From assembly GCA_002633005.1 (NCBI GenBank), contig NMRA01000311.1, positions 390,114-454,113 of the forward strand: DNA of 64,000 bases, written 5' to 3'. Source of the stretch: Phoronis australis (Eukaryota; Animalia; Phoronida). The position numbers were made by a program, and so were the translations under genes. Positions 38,832-52,200 of the stretch are shown piece by piece. Position 1 is the first letter of the stretch, and every line of letters begins with the position of its first letter. The notes below the pieces were generated by a model. The model was not told the origin of the DNA. It did not search any database and saw only the letters and a program-made list of their open reading frames with translations.

Positions 38832-41800
38832 TTATGTGGATCGTCTTCGTATGGTATACTTTCCTTTTTGTAACGCTGACACGTAAATACGGATACGACT
38901 TCCATCAGATGTCCTCTTTACCCACACCTGAACGAAACCAAAACGCAGTTCAATACACAAAGTCTGCATTACAAGGGAGGAAAAAGATAACCAAACAGCA
39001 GTCAGGTCAAAATGTTTTGCCAAACAATTAAGTATATAATGAGAGCTGTTTAGGTAATCTGACTATTACCTTGGGACATCCTGTTTCACACAGTGGCAAG
39101 TGTCGAATGTTTAGTGTTGTGATTTACTTTTACAACGGTCATAAAAATCAAGTCATAAAATAAGACTCTATGTTTACTATAGTTACACATTGATTGTAAT
39201 GGAATGAGTCAAGTTTTTGGCTTCTCTTGATGAATTGCAAAATATCTTACTTTAAAGACCGACAAAAGCAGCAATCAATATGATGGCAAACTGTCTTGTT
39301 TGGGGCAATTAAAATCAGTCAGATAAACTCTCTATTATAGTGTTAGGTACACAAGCTTTGTCAGTCTATTATTAGGACTCCGCGGAGGAGTAGACTGGAA
39401 CTACTCAACAAAGGAGCAGCAGTGTATGAGTTTCTCTTCCATTTTCTGTAGTTAATCGATTCTGGGCATTCAAAGACTGAAGCAGCTCAACTTTTTACAG
39501 ACCGTAGTGCCAAAAATGGCCACCGCAATAATTTTTCTATAGCTGCCTACAGTACTATGACCAGCACTCACATCTGCTGCCCAATACCCAAAGAAAAGGA
39601 GACTGTTATAAAAGTCCAAGAGCTGTTGTAACTGGCTATTCAAATCCCATCCAGTAATAACATTCCATGGCTTAAGCCTCTTAGTTCGATTTCATCAACC
39701 AACAAAACTGACAGTCCATAAGAAAGAGGATGGAGCAGGCTATGTAATGCTATTTTGAGACAACCTCGAAATTATAAGTCTGTTAATGTGCACCACATCC
39801 GTCACCAATCATAGTCATAAAACAAGTTTTAATGAATTTGCATTATGCAGCAATAACCCAGTGAATTTTCCCCACATGTACCCAAACATTGTCCAGTATC
39901 ATACTCTTGGTAAGGACGATTTCTCGCTTCATAGCGAGATCTCGTATAGATGCTGCCTCTCGTTGTCTGCAATTGACAATGTCAAGACTATTGTGACGGC
40001 AGCCGAAAGAAAGCAAGGTAAGGTAAATGTCAATTTGTTACTAAATGAGTTCTACATTCACTATTCTACACTATTTAGCAATATTTTACAAGCCACAAGT
40101 AATGTTAACGTTTCTGGACCTAAATGTCTTGCTCACCAAAATGCCCACGTGGCCGGAGTGCCCCCGCCATAATTAGGGGATAGGGGGAACCTCTGCTCAA
40201 TTTTTTAATGTCAACATTTAATGAAATGCCCATGTGGCTGGCGTATACCCGCTGTAACCTAGGGATAGGGGGAACCCTTCCCCAACTTCAGGTCAACACC
40301 ATTTAAATGCCCATGTGGCCGGCGTACCTCCACCATTACCTGGGGATAGGGGGAACCCCTGCCGAGTTTTTAATTCATCATCATGCGCATGTGCCCGGCG
40401 TAATCTTGCCATAACCCAGGGATAAGGAGAAAGTACTTGGCTTATAATTTTTGAAAATGGCTAAAAGTTTTCAGATGCTTTAGCCAATTTGGCTAATACC
40501 TTTAAAAGTTTAGCCTGAGCCTAACATTGCATAATGATAGAAACATGTTCAGAAGAGAAAATGACAGTGAGTGTGCAGTTGTCTCTGTGCATGAGCAAGA
40601 GGACTAGGATAGAGAAATACAGCGTGCTGTTTGAGAACCCTGATACCACTTGCCAATATCAAGCATGTATCATCTCACCAATTTTGGACACAATAAAGCC
40701 GACCAGAGAAATTTTATTTCATAATTTTTTTCTTGAAAGATACATTTATGCAGCATCAAATTTTTATGCTTTTTCACATTCAAGTTTCNCCATAACCTGG
40801 GGATAGGGGGAACCCCTGCCGAGTTTTTAATTCATCATCATGCGCATGTGCCCGGCGTAATCTTGCCATAACCCAGGGATAAGGAGAAAGTATTTGGCTT
40901 ATAATTTTTGAAAATGGCTAAAAGTTTTCAGATGCTTTAGCCAATTTGGCTAATACCTTTAAAAGTCTAGCCTGAGCCTAACATTGCATAATGATAGAAA
41001 CATGTTCAGAAGAGAAAATGACAGTGAGTGTGCAGTTGTCTCTGTGCATGAGCAAGAGGACTAGGATAGAGAAATACAGCGTGCTGTTTGAGAACCCTGA
41101 TACCACTTGCCAATATCAAGCATGTATCATCTCACCAATTTTGGACACAATAAAGCCGACCAGAGAAATTTTATTTCATAATTTTTTTCTTGAAAGATAC
41201 ATTTATGCAGCATCAAATTTTTATGCTTTTTCACATTCAAGTTTCGCACCACAGCTAACATCAGACAATATTCGAAAAATTTACGAGTATTCACAATCGT
41301 GTTAGAAGCAATTGAAAGTCGAAAAAGAGTTGGCAATTATTTTTGTCAGAAATTGTTGAGATTTTACATTTGGTACATCATCTTACCTCATGGGTGCCAA
41401 CCTCACTAACGACTGCGCTGACTTTGCCGGTTTCTTTCGACTCTATGTAAACTGGTTGGCCCCGTTGAAACCTGCATGAGCACTCCAGTTTAGTACATAA
41501 CACAACGTCAATGGAACCGGTTAGTATGGAAAAATCACTACCTTTCAGAAGTAGCCAAGAGAACAAGCGGGTCGGACAAAAATTCTGACTGACATGGCTG
41601 CCACAAAAGGGATTATCTGTTTTGGAAGATTACGTGATCAAAACATTCCTATGCTTTGTTTTAAATGCCCTGATAATGCGCCTGAATATCCCCTAAAAGG
41701 GTACTGCGCCTTGAGCTCTCACAGCTGCACTTTTTTCTTTCAATTTTATGTCGCCAACTAGACACTAGCTGTTGCACCCAAAGATAACAGCTTAAAACAG

Positions 41801-44800
41801 TTTTGAATCAAAGAGCTTCAAATCTTTTCTGGAACAGATTGAAGAAGCTACAATGTACAGCGTGTCTTCCGTCCAAAAAGTGAACAGTTGACAGACAAAT
41901 TGTTCCTTACTAAGATGAGAAATGATTTCTGGGTTTGGAAAAAATTAACAGTTGGTTATTCCTTAAGACCATGCTTAGAGCCTCAACAAGCCAACCTGTA
42001 AGGCTTGGTCTCAAGCGATAACAAACTTACACTTTTTGAAGCCCTAAATCAACTCCGGTTTGACTATTTCATAACACTAACCAATGATTTCACATTCTCA
42101 GGCATGTACTTGTGAAAGATAGTGATCATACTGTTAAAACAATAACTCACTCAGCCAGTAGTATCTAGTAGGCCTGACACCATGTTCGGGTGGAGGAAGT
42201 ATAAACTACAACATGGGACATAAAGAACGCACTGTACAGGATTTGAAATTTTCTAGACTTGTAACAGACCAACAGTCGATCCTGTGTCTGGTGGCACTAC
42301 AATTTTCATTCCTTTCGCAAAGAACTGAGAAGAAACTCCACTACGGAACAAGAGAAGAATATCTCATCAAGATGTGGACTCCAATCCACGACCTAGCCAG
42401 CATTGTTACTGTAAGCCACTAATCATCTTCACACGTCTAACAATGCTAGCCTGTCACATGGCCATAAACAATGCTAGCCTGTCACATAGCCATGCACAAT
42501 GCTAGCCTGTCACATGGCCATGACCAATGCTAGCCAGTCACATGGCCATGCACAGTGCTAGCCTGTCACATGGCCACGTACAATGCTAGCCTGTCACATG
42601 GCCACGTACAATGCTAGCCTGTCAGATGGCCATGCACAATACTAGCCTGTCACATGGCCATGCACAATCATTTTGTCATTCTATCATTTCCTTGTCATCT
42701 GAAGAAACTGCTTATTTCAGAGATCATTTTGTCTTAATAAAACTGAAATGTTGCTGACAAAAATATGTACTTGACAAATTTGCACAAAGAAAATCCAAAG
42801 TTTTGGATTAAACATTTTTGCCTACTAAGCCTCTCCTAGACCACGAATGAATTTTTTTTAAGTCATTCTCTTAATTACCTTATGAGCAAAGTGACAATCA
42901 ACCTATTAACGTTTGTATTTTTTGTCAAGATTTATGCTTTAGTAGATCATGAATAGACTCTATTCACGCGGCAGACATTAAAATCCAAAGCGAGGCTCAC
43001 TGCGATAAACAAAGCGAAAGTAGACATTGCGTGAGTTAAATAGCCGGTCTTTCGAGTCCAACCTGGATATTGAATTTTAATAATGTGTCAACAATTAAAC
43101 CACACAGACGTAGAAAATTACATTAGAGAACAAGTTAAGGCGTCAAAGAGTTGTCTGACGAAAGGGTTTAATTTTTNTTTTCTAGCCGTTCGGGGAACAA
43201 CACGGACTGAAACACAGACTCCTATGCCGATGAGCTAACAGAGCTATCGTAGCGAGTCTCGTTTTGGAACGCGCCTCCTGTCGGCGTGAATAGGGTCTAT
43301 GGGTGAACAACTCCTGAAAATTACCGAAAACAAGATATAGTTCCCCTAACATCAATCACAATTTTTCCATGACAAACAAAACCAGACATCAACTGCAGTA
43401 ACAGCTAATGATAAAACGAGCACTGAACAAAAAAACTTCAAATTATCTCTTACCATCTCTTCTCATAGTACAACTTGCCATCATCTGTCCTAGCGTCGTA
43501 AGGTCCTTCACTGGGATTGGACGGCATGTGGCTAGGCTTCCGGCTGATTGGCTTCCCGCTCACTTTGTTGATAATTTTCAGGTCTTCATTGATGGCACTG
43601 TCATCCAGCAAGAGATTCAGCTGAGGTAGGTAGTGTTAAGGATGTTCAACGTGATTTACAATGGAGCATTGTTGTAAGGATGTATTGGGGTGGTGTAAAT
43701 TAAAACCATAAAATTTAAATCAGCTAAAAACCCCAAGAAGAGAACTTTTGATTAAGACCGATTTCCGCAGTAAAATTGGTCTCAAATTGCTCCTAACTCA
43801 GATGAGAAGTGATTTCTGGACCAACAAAGAATACACAATTCATTATTTACTGAGACCATGTTGAATTTTTGTTGAAATTTTAGCTAAATATGCAAAATAT
43901 GTTTTTACTAAAACACGAAATAAATATAACTTGCTTTACTCTGTGCTGTCTTATTTGATTCTTAATTTATATGCACTCTATGGTCTTGATCTCCCAGACA
44001 ACATTCACGTGCTAAGTAGCAACTTGAGTACACATGTCTTTTCAATTCCGGCTGACTATAGTTAAGTAAACTGACTCGTGAAATGAAAACGAGCCACATT
44101 TTATTTTGCAGAGCCATCTGGGAAGGTCTTGTCTTCAAATTTTCCTTAAATATGCAAATAGGACTATGACAGGGATTACATACACTTACGTGTGACATGC
44201 AAGTTGGCAACAGTTTAAACACACAAGATCTCTTAACTTTCTGCAGCTCAATAAAAGGATATCAGGTGAGGCTTTCCGTCGCTTCTCAGGCACAGGCATG
44301 GGATCATTAGGACGCCTGCGTAACTTCCGAGTCATCACCTTCAACTCCATACAGTCTGAAATACAAAGCATATATCACTACATCCACCATACACTCATTC
44401 ATATTCTCATCACAGGTTCATCACATGTCATATCTACTGCTATAAAACAGCCACAAGGAGTGCAGCTTTGTGAAATGGACAAGCCCTTATTAATTACCTA
44501 CATTGCCATATATCATTCAGAAACTAATTTAATCATTTTGTTGACTTCCCTATAATGTATTTTTATAATTGTTAATAGATATTTATTGACCTATCTTGTC
44601 TCCCACTCGCATTGTCTTTGTTGTGATGTCAATAAACAGAAAACGCATAATGCATATTTTTAGGCCACAACAACAGTAGTCACAACTAATTCCAAAGTAT
44701 ATAAACAAGAAAGTATAATAACAGAGATAATAGCTCAATGTTTTCAAACAATCAATGAATTCATATGCATACCTGTGATAACGGCCACTAATCTGTCTCC

Positions 44801-47800
44801 AACTACAGAGTCAAGCAATTGAACGAAAATGTTGAGCCAGTTCAATTGTACAATTTCGGCGACGGCATTAAACTGTTAATTTCAGACATAAAAGCGTTAT
44901 TTGCCTCCTTTATACACAACGTGTGAACAATAATCAGTCAGCACGACAGGGAATGTTATCTGTACTAAGTCCTCATGATGGAGAATTCCGTGTCATTTTA
45001 TCTGCTTATTTTTGGCACACCCTCTACACGTAACACTACCCCCAGTACCTCCAGTGAGTTCCATACTGTAACGTTCACTCTCAACATGTTTCTTCTTCTC
45101 TTCCAAGTCCATTATTAGGTTTTCTTTCAAGTCAATCTTACACTGCTCAAACTCTTTCACCGCCATTTTCTTTTCCTGCGTGTATCGCCTCTCGATATGT
45201 TCAATCTGAAATGTACACATGTTTGATTTACGAAATTTAGGACACACATTGCACCATCTGGTGTCATAAACTGAAACTAGGTGACTCCTTCAGGTAGAAG
45301 ATGCTCGATGTGGTTGTTCAAAGTAATTTGTGAAATTACTGAGCAATCGCCTCTAACCTGCGCAAGGAACAAATTGAGATCAATTTTATTATCATGGTAA
45401 GTGGTCTAAAGCAAAAGGTAGCTTCTTACAGAGGGCAGGTTTGTAACCATTCCAATCATTAACGATCTCTTTTCAAATGTGTTTGAGGACAAGTTAATTG
45501 TAATCGATAGTAAAACATAATCCTTCCGTGTTCTCCACAACAAAAAACTCAAATTCGACTTGAATTTCAAAACTCATGTACATGTGTTCAAAAGTCAATG
45601 TCTATACGTGTACTGTGGGGAGTTTGAAATAAATACATCAAACTGGTACCAAAAGTCCAAAATGTTCTCATTTGCTTAAGAATGACTAATCTCCCAAAAC
45701 TTCAGACTTGTTGCACAGGTTTTTAAACTCGACGCAAGTGAGTCAAACTCATCATGGCGAAATTCAAACTCGACTAAGTGACAAGTCAAAACAAGTTGTG
45801 GAGAGAACACTGTGCTCATATATCCACTCATTCACATCATGGCAATGTCAAACCTAGAACTCACACTAAACTCTTTCCAAACTTTGCAGTTCCGCAAGCG
45901 TTCATTGTAGTTTTGTTCTATCTTCTTCAGCCGTTTCAAATACTCTGGCAGTATTCCGTCTTTAAGTTGGTTCAGTTGTTTCTTAAATTGGGCGAGTTTG
46001 TCCTGGTACATTCTGAACAGAAACAATGTCAAAAGTAAAAATTATTTAATAATTTTATTTAGTCTTCTTACACGCCATATGTTGGCCACATGACGTGACC
46101 TATAGTTAAGTCTCAAACGACTTCTTTAGTTTTTTCCCAACTGGAGCTTGATCAAACTCGGAACTTTCTGCTAACCGTGGATACTCTCTAGTCCACTTAT
46201 CTATCAGAACCACGGTAAACGCACTGATTTATAATAGCACAATTACATAGTTACACATAACACTTTATGAGCACTTTAATTAAAACATCCATGACAAGTT
46301 CTATCCATCCATCAACAATGAGTGATTAATGTATCATGCTTCCAGGCAAGGAAGGAGTAATAAACTACAAAAACCAAAAAATATAATCACTTATTACACA
46401 CACGCACAAACCTTACGTGATAAATTTTGGCTGGATTTTACCTTAATAGACAAAAATACCAAAAGTGGTTCTGGTCTCTGTTTTTTTTGAAAATCGAGAT
46501 GGTGGAGTGCTATTTTTGTACCTCAAATTTTCATAAAAGAAAATCTACTCAAGACAAGCAAAACTGATAGGGAGTTTTTTACTCATCACTTAAAGCAAAT
46601 CATGGCATTGCTAACCTTATTCATCCTTGTTTGTAAACATGCCTAGCCTTTGTGCAGCTTTTCAAAAAAAATCTTGTCTGAAATTGTTATGGGCAATCAT
46701 TCTTGTTTTATTTTTAGATGGTGAGAGCAGGTCTCAAAATGAGTCCAAGTAAAGACCAGAACCAACTTTTGCCTTTGCATGGCCTAATATGTATTCAGAG
46801 TGAACACTTCAACACAGTGCACTTGTTTGAACTACAAAAAGAAAATAATTGTTTAAGTCTACATACTGTTCTTTGATTTCTGTGAACTCCTCTTTTCTTT
46901 TAACCACTTCTGTCTCACTAGCATCTTCAGTGTCTGAAAATAGTTTGAATTGTTTACTACTCATCTAAGTATCGAAACGAGCCTATTCATAAACTATTAA
47001 GCCCCTTGAGCGAATACTCATCACTGCCAACTTGATTTATGAGTTTGAAGTTTTATCATTTTACACAAGTAGACAGGGCCCTCAATTCCTCGATATTGGG
47101 GCCAAACATCGGTTCCATTCTCCTCTGAAAGATATTAAAAATACCATGCGAAATTCTCCTCATGAGACCAAAAAAATTCCCCTCAAGTGATAGTAAAATT
47201 CCAGCCGAGGTCTTTAATTCCTTCCAACTCGAACAAATACTCCCTTAATCAAACGTTTTCTTTGCACAGTCTTCCATTCAGTTGCCCAAATCGGCAACTG
47301 GCCAGGTTCTCCTATTTTTACTGCACCTGTCAGGAGCACATGCAGTGTTAAAAATGGCCAGTTGTTGCTTTGGGCAACTGAACGAAGTACTGGTCAAAGA
47401 AAAAGTTTGATTACAGGAGTGTTTGTGCGAAATAGAAGAAATTAAAAACATTGACGGCCTCCTAAGGTGTCCCTCTATGTGCAAATGGTACTTATAACAA
47501 CGTGGCTTTTATGTTTTAATCAGTGTGAGGCATAACTTCCTGAAAAGCTTCAGGCATATGAAACTCCTATAGGAGCTTCATCATCTCCACTGGAGTCAGC
47601 TAGAGACGGTGGTCACTCTGTATTTCCAGGTTAGACAATGACCACCATCTCTAGCTGGGTCAGTAGAGACAGTGTAGCTCCTATAAGAGCTTCACATATG
47701 TCGGAAGCATTTCGTCACATTGACTAAAACATAAAAGTCACGTCGTTATAAATACCATTTGTGCATAGAGGGACACCTTAGGAGTCTGTCGGTGTCTTTA

Positions 47801-48944
47801 ATTCCTTCCAACTTGAACTCATACTTCCGTTATCAAACTTTTTCGTTGAGCAGTATCTCGTTCAGTTACCAAAATCGGTAACTGGCCATTTTTACACTGT
47901 GCATGCCAGGAGATGTGACATTATACCACCTGCCGAGCGCAGTATTAAAAATAGCCAGTTTTCGATTTTGGGAACTGAACAAAGGACTGCTTGAAAAAAA
48001 GTTTGATAATGGGAATATTTGTTCGAGTTGGAAGGAATTACTAGTAAAGACATTGATGGCCTCCTAGTATTAAGGTGTCCCTCTATGTGAAAAAGGTATT
48101 TATAACAATGTGAATTTGATGTTTTCGAGTCAGTGTGAGGCATAATTTGCCAAAAAGCTTGCTGCATGTAAGAAGCTCCTACAGGAGCTACACCGTCTCT
48201 ACTGAGCCAGCCACTGTCTATTCCCAGGTGTGACTCAAGCGCGCACCCAGCCTTCAATATGGGGGGCTCTAGTTTCTGTCGATGTGGACCTTTTGCTAAC
48301 AAAATATCAGCAGGACTAAAAAAAAGAAAAACAGGGTACTACCTTCAAAACTGTAAACTGTGCGTCTGGGTCTTTTTAGTGGACTTTTGCCTCATTTTCT
48401 CAGAGTTTTTGTTTCTCTAAGGTGGACCTTTTTGCCAAATGGGGGGGGCTCATTTGAGCCCCCCGTGGGTGCGCGCATGTGACTTACAATCAGATAAAGC
48501 CACACTAAATAGCTTCCCAAGTGGCACTTGGTGTTGTGACTTCAATATTGCTTGTGAAGCGCACCAGCAAAGCTGGTGTGATCACGCACTTCGTTTACAA
48601 TTCGAGGTGATAGCTCACATTTTTGCAAAAATGTTGTGTCTATGGAATGCAGTCCTGAGCCACAAGACAGAAGAATTCTATATTTTTATTAAGTAATTAA
48701 GTTAAGTTCAACTTCAACTTCGTTCAAGCACCACTCACCACGACACCAGCTTTCGAATTTTAAAAAGCATAAACACTAACAGCCTAACTTTGAAAACTTC
48801 AGACACAAATAAACAACGGATAATGAGATTACCTTCGTCAGACGGAGGATATTCACTTCGATCGTCCTCCGAAAGGCTATCATGTTCGTCGAAATCGTAT
48901 TCGTTATAACCAGCGCGGGGCGAAGAGGAATAACTCGACGCCAT
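38832..48944 (-). CDS. SUDS3: Sin3 histone deacetylase corepressor complex component SDS3 (8 exons, 309 aa)
   Basis: Exons (minus): 48944-48833, 46933-46867, 46012-45865, 45205-45049, 44355-44263, 43625-43454, 41471-41387, 38927-38832 (930 nt). Peptide DTEDASETE...[22 protein letters not shown]...[13 protein letters not shown]...MELTGDCME...[31 protein letters not shown]...[12 protein letters not shown]...[15 protein letters not shown]...YTIRRRST* follows SUDS3 colinearly. Confidence 0.96.
40138..40430. repeat. Tandem repeat, about 80-85-bp unit, 3-4 copies
   Basis: AAATGCCCAYGTGGCCGGCGTACC...ATAACCTAGGGATAGGGGGAACC recurring. Confidence 0.7.
40333..41245. repeat. 456-bp direct duplication across an N gap (probable haplotype/assembly overlap)
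   Basis: 40333-40788 vs 40790-41245 show about 3 substitutions and are separated exactly by the N at 40789. Confidence 0.85.
42441..42668. repeat. Minisatellite, 28-bp unit x about 8
   Basis: CAATGCTAGCCTGTCACATGGCCATGCA. Confidence 0.92.
42953..43300. mobile_element. Non-autonomous DNA transposon with TIRs (middle lost in an N gap); possibly ISL2EU/Harbinger-like
   Basis: Termini AT|AGACTCTATTCACGC ... GCGTGAATAGGGTCT|AT (inverted repeat, AT flanks). N at 43177. Second copy at 818-2450. The superfamily call is inferred from the AT flanks and RR..YY ends. Confidence 0.72.
43626..44262 (-). other. U12-type (minor spliceosome) AT-AC intron in SUDS3
   Basis: 5' splice site ATATCCTTTT (from 44262 downward), branch site TCCTTAAC (43642-43635) 9 nt before terminal AC (43627-43626). 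Splicing restores the conserved ...KASP-A-QLNLLL frame. Confidence 0.95.
47210..48230. mobile_element. Tandem foldback (long palindromic) elements in SUDS3 intron 1
   Basis: An ~280-bp arm in alternating orientation: about 47210-47327 (partial), 47342-47615, 47639-47900, 47939-48230. Shared TAAGGTGTCCCTCTATG, CTCCTATAGGAGCT and AGAGACGGTGG, plus their reverse complements. Confidence 0.8.
48236..48479. mobile_element. MITE, same family, 5-bp TSD TGACT
   Basis: TGACT|CAAGCGCGCACCCAG ... GTGGGTGCGCGCATG|TGACT. Internal GGACTTTTGCCTCATTTTCTC is nearly identical to the 22046 copy. Confidence 0.82.
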
Positions 48945-49213
48945 TTTACAGGAAGTTCTGTAATCGGCCTTGACCTTGATCAAATCTTCCGTCAGATTTA
49001 CTAACAACAGCTAATGATATTGACGGTGTTGTTTTCACCGCTTCATTGATACAGTAGCTACTGGTCCATGGTGATAACTCCTTCCATAGTATATTCCTAA
49101 CCTATGTCTCGTGAATTATGAAGTAAATCAATACTTCCGGCTGCAAAAATTGACGCATGCGTAATGAATGACGTGGCAAAAGCTGAAGCAGAAAGCACAA
49201 CAAGCAGGCCGGG
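48945..49213. promoter_or_regulatory. Bidirectional promoter shared by SUDS3 and DERL2
   Basis: 269 bp between divergent ATGs. ETS motifs CAGGAAGT (48949-48956) and ACTTCCGG (49133-49140), NRF1-like palindrome ACGCATGCGT (49153-49162), UPRE/CRE-like TGACGTGGCA (49169-49178), YY1-like CGCCATTTT over the SUDS3 start. Confidence 0.75.
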
Positions 49214-52200
49214 ATGGCGTACCAGACATTTCAACAAGAGTACTTGCAAATGCCGCCCATAACAAGGGCCTATACGACAGCTTGTGTTTTTACAACAATT
49301 GCAGTTGTAAGTATTTTATAGTGAAACTTGTCCGAGTTCTTATTCCAGTCGAGTCTCGAACTCGGACATCATCGAGTCCACACATATCTCATTCTCTGAC
49401 CCGCTGTCGGTTGCACTCCTAAGTATGCCTACCGAGTCCAGACCAACTTGGTCTGCTTACACGGTCCAACCTGGCAGACCAACTTAACACCTCAGACCGA
49501 GTTGAAATTCACCATTGATATCTGAATGTTTGCCATAGTGTTATATTATACTAGTGAACGGGTCTGCCAAGTACTGCATAAGATTTGGCAATTGGCAGAC
49601 ACTTGCCTTGGCCTTTCACTTCACTATAACGCTACGGCAAACATTCAGATATCAATGGTACATTTCAAATCTGTATGAGGTGTTTACTTGGTCTGCAAGG
49701 TTGGATCACGTAAGCAGATTGGTCTGGATGCTTACTTGATTTATTGCGCCTACCTAGATAGTACCATCGTCTCAACTGGTCGCAGTAGAGGTGGTAGTCA
49801 TTCCATAGGCATTTCATAAGCTGGAAGCTTTTCAGCAAATTATGCCTCACGCTGATTAAACCATCAAAGTCACATTGCTATAAGTAACTTAAGCACACCG
49901 AGGGACTGAGACACTAGGATGACAATGATGTCTTTAACTCTTCTCGGCTCGAACAAATACTACCACAATTAAACTTTTTTCGAACAGTCCTTCGTTCAGT
50001 TTCCCAAATCGGCAACTGGACATTTTTACACTGCTCGCGCTAGGAGATACAACGGGAACGAAGCACTGTTTGATAAAAAGTATTTGTTCGAGTTGTACCT
50101 CTCGGCTCTATGCCCAAAAGTTATTTATAGTAACATGAATTTGTAAGTAGTGTAATCAGTGTTTGGCATAATTTGCCATAAAGCTTCCGGCTTATGGAGG
50201 CTATGGGGTGGCCACCATCTCTACTACCAGCTGAGACGGTGGCACTGTCTAGTGCCTGCATTGCTTGCGGTACTGCTCTGCTCCTATCATGGTCCAGATC
50301 GAATAGCCTTAGGTTCCTGATTTAGAAAACCTGCTCTATCCACTGAACAATGTGCTTGTTATTCTGAATCAGTGGTCACCTGGTTCGGTTAGTGTGGAAT
50401 CATTAGATCTCACCAATATTCCGTTTAAAAGTTATTGAAATTCAGCAAATGTAAAAGGTCCATTGAGAGCGACAGTAAATTAAAAGTATCAATAACATGA
50501 CCAAATATTTTATTTCATATTCATTTCCATGATGAAATCTCACAAGCACTGTTACAATTTTCTAAATTATCATTTTTGTCTTCATTTTATGCAACTTGAT
50601 ATGTTTCACGATTATCAAAATCTTATACTTGATAGCCCCTCATCGGCCTCATGAAAATGTGGAATGTTTTAGAGACAATTCCTAAAGTCTGCATTTTGAC
50701 TAACAGTGGATGGAGCATAATATTTGAATTTTTTTGTGAATCAGATCAGCCGTTTCTGAGATAGAACGCTTCAAGTTTAGACAAATTTCAACATTTTTCT
50801 AAGGTCCTACTCCTACATAGCCTTATACAAGTGTGCCTGGCATTCTGCAATGATGTCTCAGTTCAAAAAAGAGGGTGTACATCATCAAGGTTGAGCTGAA
50901 CTTTGTCAACCTCAAATAAGGATAAAACTAATAGGAGAGTTGGTTGCAGAAATGATCTTGGTTCCTAATATCGTTGTGTAAAGGTTCGAATTGTCAAATT
51001 GTCTTCATCACAAAAGCTTGAAGTTGTGCTGAAAACAATGTAACTAATGGTTGCTGACATATTTAGAGGTTGCAATATTAGTCACTTGTTCAGTTTTATC
51101 GTAGACTTTGAAGTTCAGGTTTTGTCTGTTTTATTTTCTTCGACAGCCTGATAATTCATGTCCTTATATTTGTGGCAGTTAATTACCTGATACTGTATTG
51201 AAAATGATGGTTTATTACACAAACTGATATTTTTCAGCAACTTGAAGTGATTTCACCATTCCAGCTGTACTTCAACCCAGAACTCATTATTTCAAAACTA
51301 CAGGTTGGTGTTAATTACATTTAAAGCATGACATTCTCAGTTTTCTTTGTTTTACGTCTTAAAAGACACTTCTTTCTCCCGTTCTTAATAACCTGTGCTT
51401 ATTTCTCGACTTAAGATGCTACGACAAAGTACTCACCTGCAGTCTTTCATGTTGCCACAGATACATCCCTGCGACAAGTATTTATTACCAGGTAAACCAG
51501 ACGAAAGATTGCATTCTTGATGGATAGCCAATCCCTCTGGGATGTATTTCATGAAAAGTGGTTTGAGACTTAAGAGGGAAACTTTGTCTTATGTTTTGCC
51601 TTCAAAATTATGGAATAACAGTTCAGCCACACAATTGTGAGCACATCAGAGTCCAGAGACAATTTACAGACATTATCTGAGTGACTAGCCGTTACGTATA
51701 CATTCTCAGGTACTTTACAGTTTGCTCAAGTGATACGTTCTCAGGTACTTTGCAGTTTTGCTCAAGTGAGATTTAATTATCTTTCAAAACTCATTGTGTG
51801 GAGTGTGAGACCAGATTTCCAACTTTACTTTTAAGTCACTTTTCATGATAGACGCCCTCCGATGTCTGGAGTGGCACTTTACAGTGAACTGGGCCAACCG
51901 AGTTGAGAACTTTTTGCATTATTTAAATGGATAATAGAGATGCTATGGCCCTTTGTGCCCCTGCCATGAATCTAGGCCGCTGCTCTTTTCTCACTTTTGT
52001 CTTTCTCGCTGATGTGGTTGATGGCAAACAGTTTTTCACTCAAAATCTTGTTTTCACAACCGAGGACAATTTTCATGTATTTCATTCTATGTCGGTTTTC
52101 CAGCTATGGCGGTTAGTGACAAACTTCATGTTCTTCGGACCAATTGGCTTCAACTTCCTGTTCAACATGATTTTCACCTACAGATACTGTCGCATGTTGG

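Noticed and set aside
39830-39965. Open minus-strand stretch after a TTGCAG acceptor as an alternative SUDS3 last exon
   Set aside because: Weak pyrimidine tract and no similarity to SUDS3; the conserved terminal exon is at 38927-38832.
40534-41305. Two identical ORFs (MIETCSEEK...) suggesting a duplicated small gene
   Set aside because: They lie in a 456-bp gap-flanking duplication inside a SUDS3 intron, with no coding features; probable assembly artefact.
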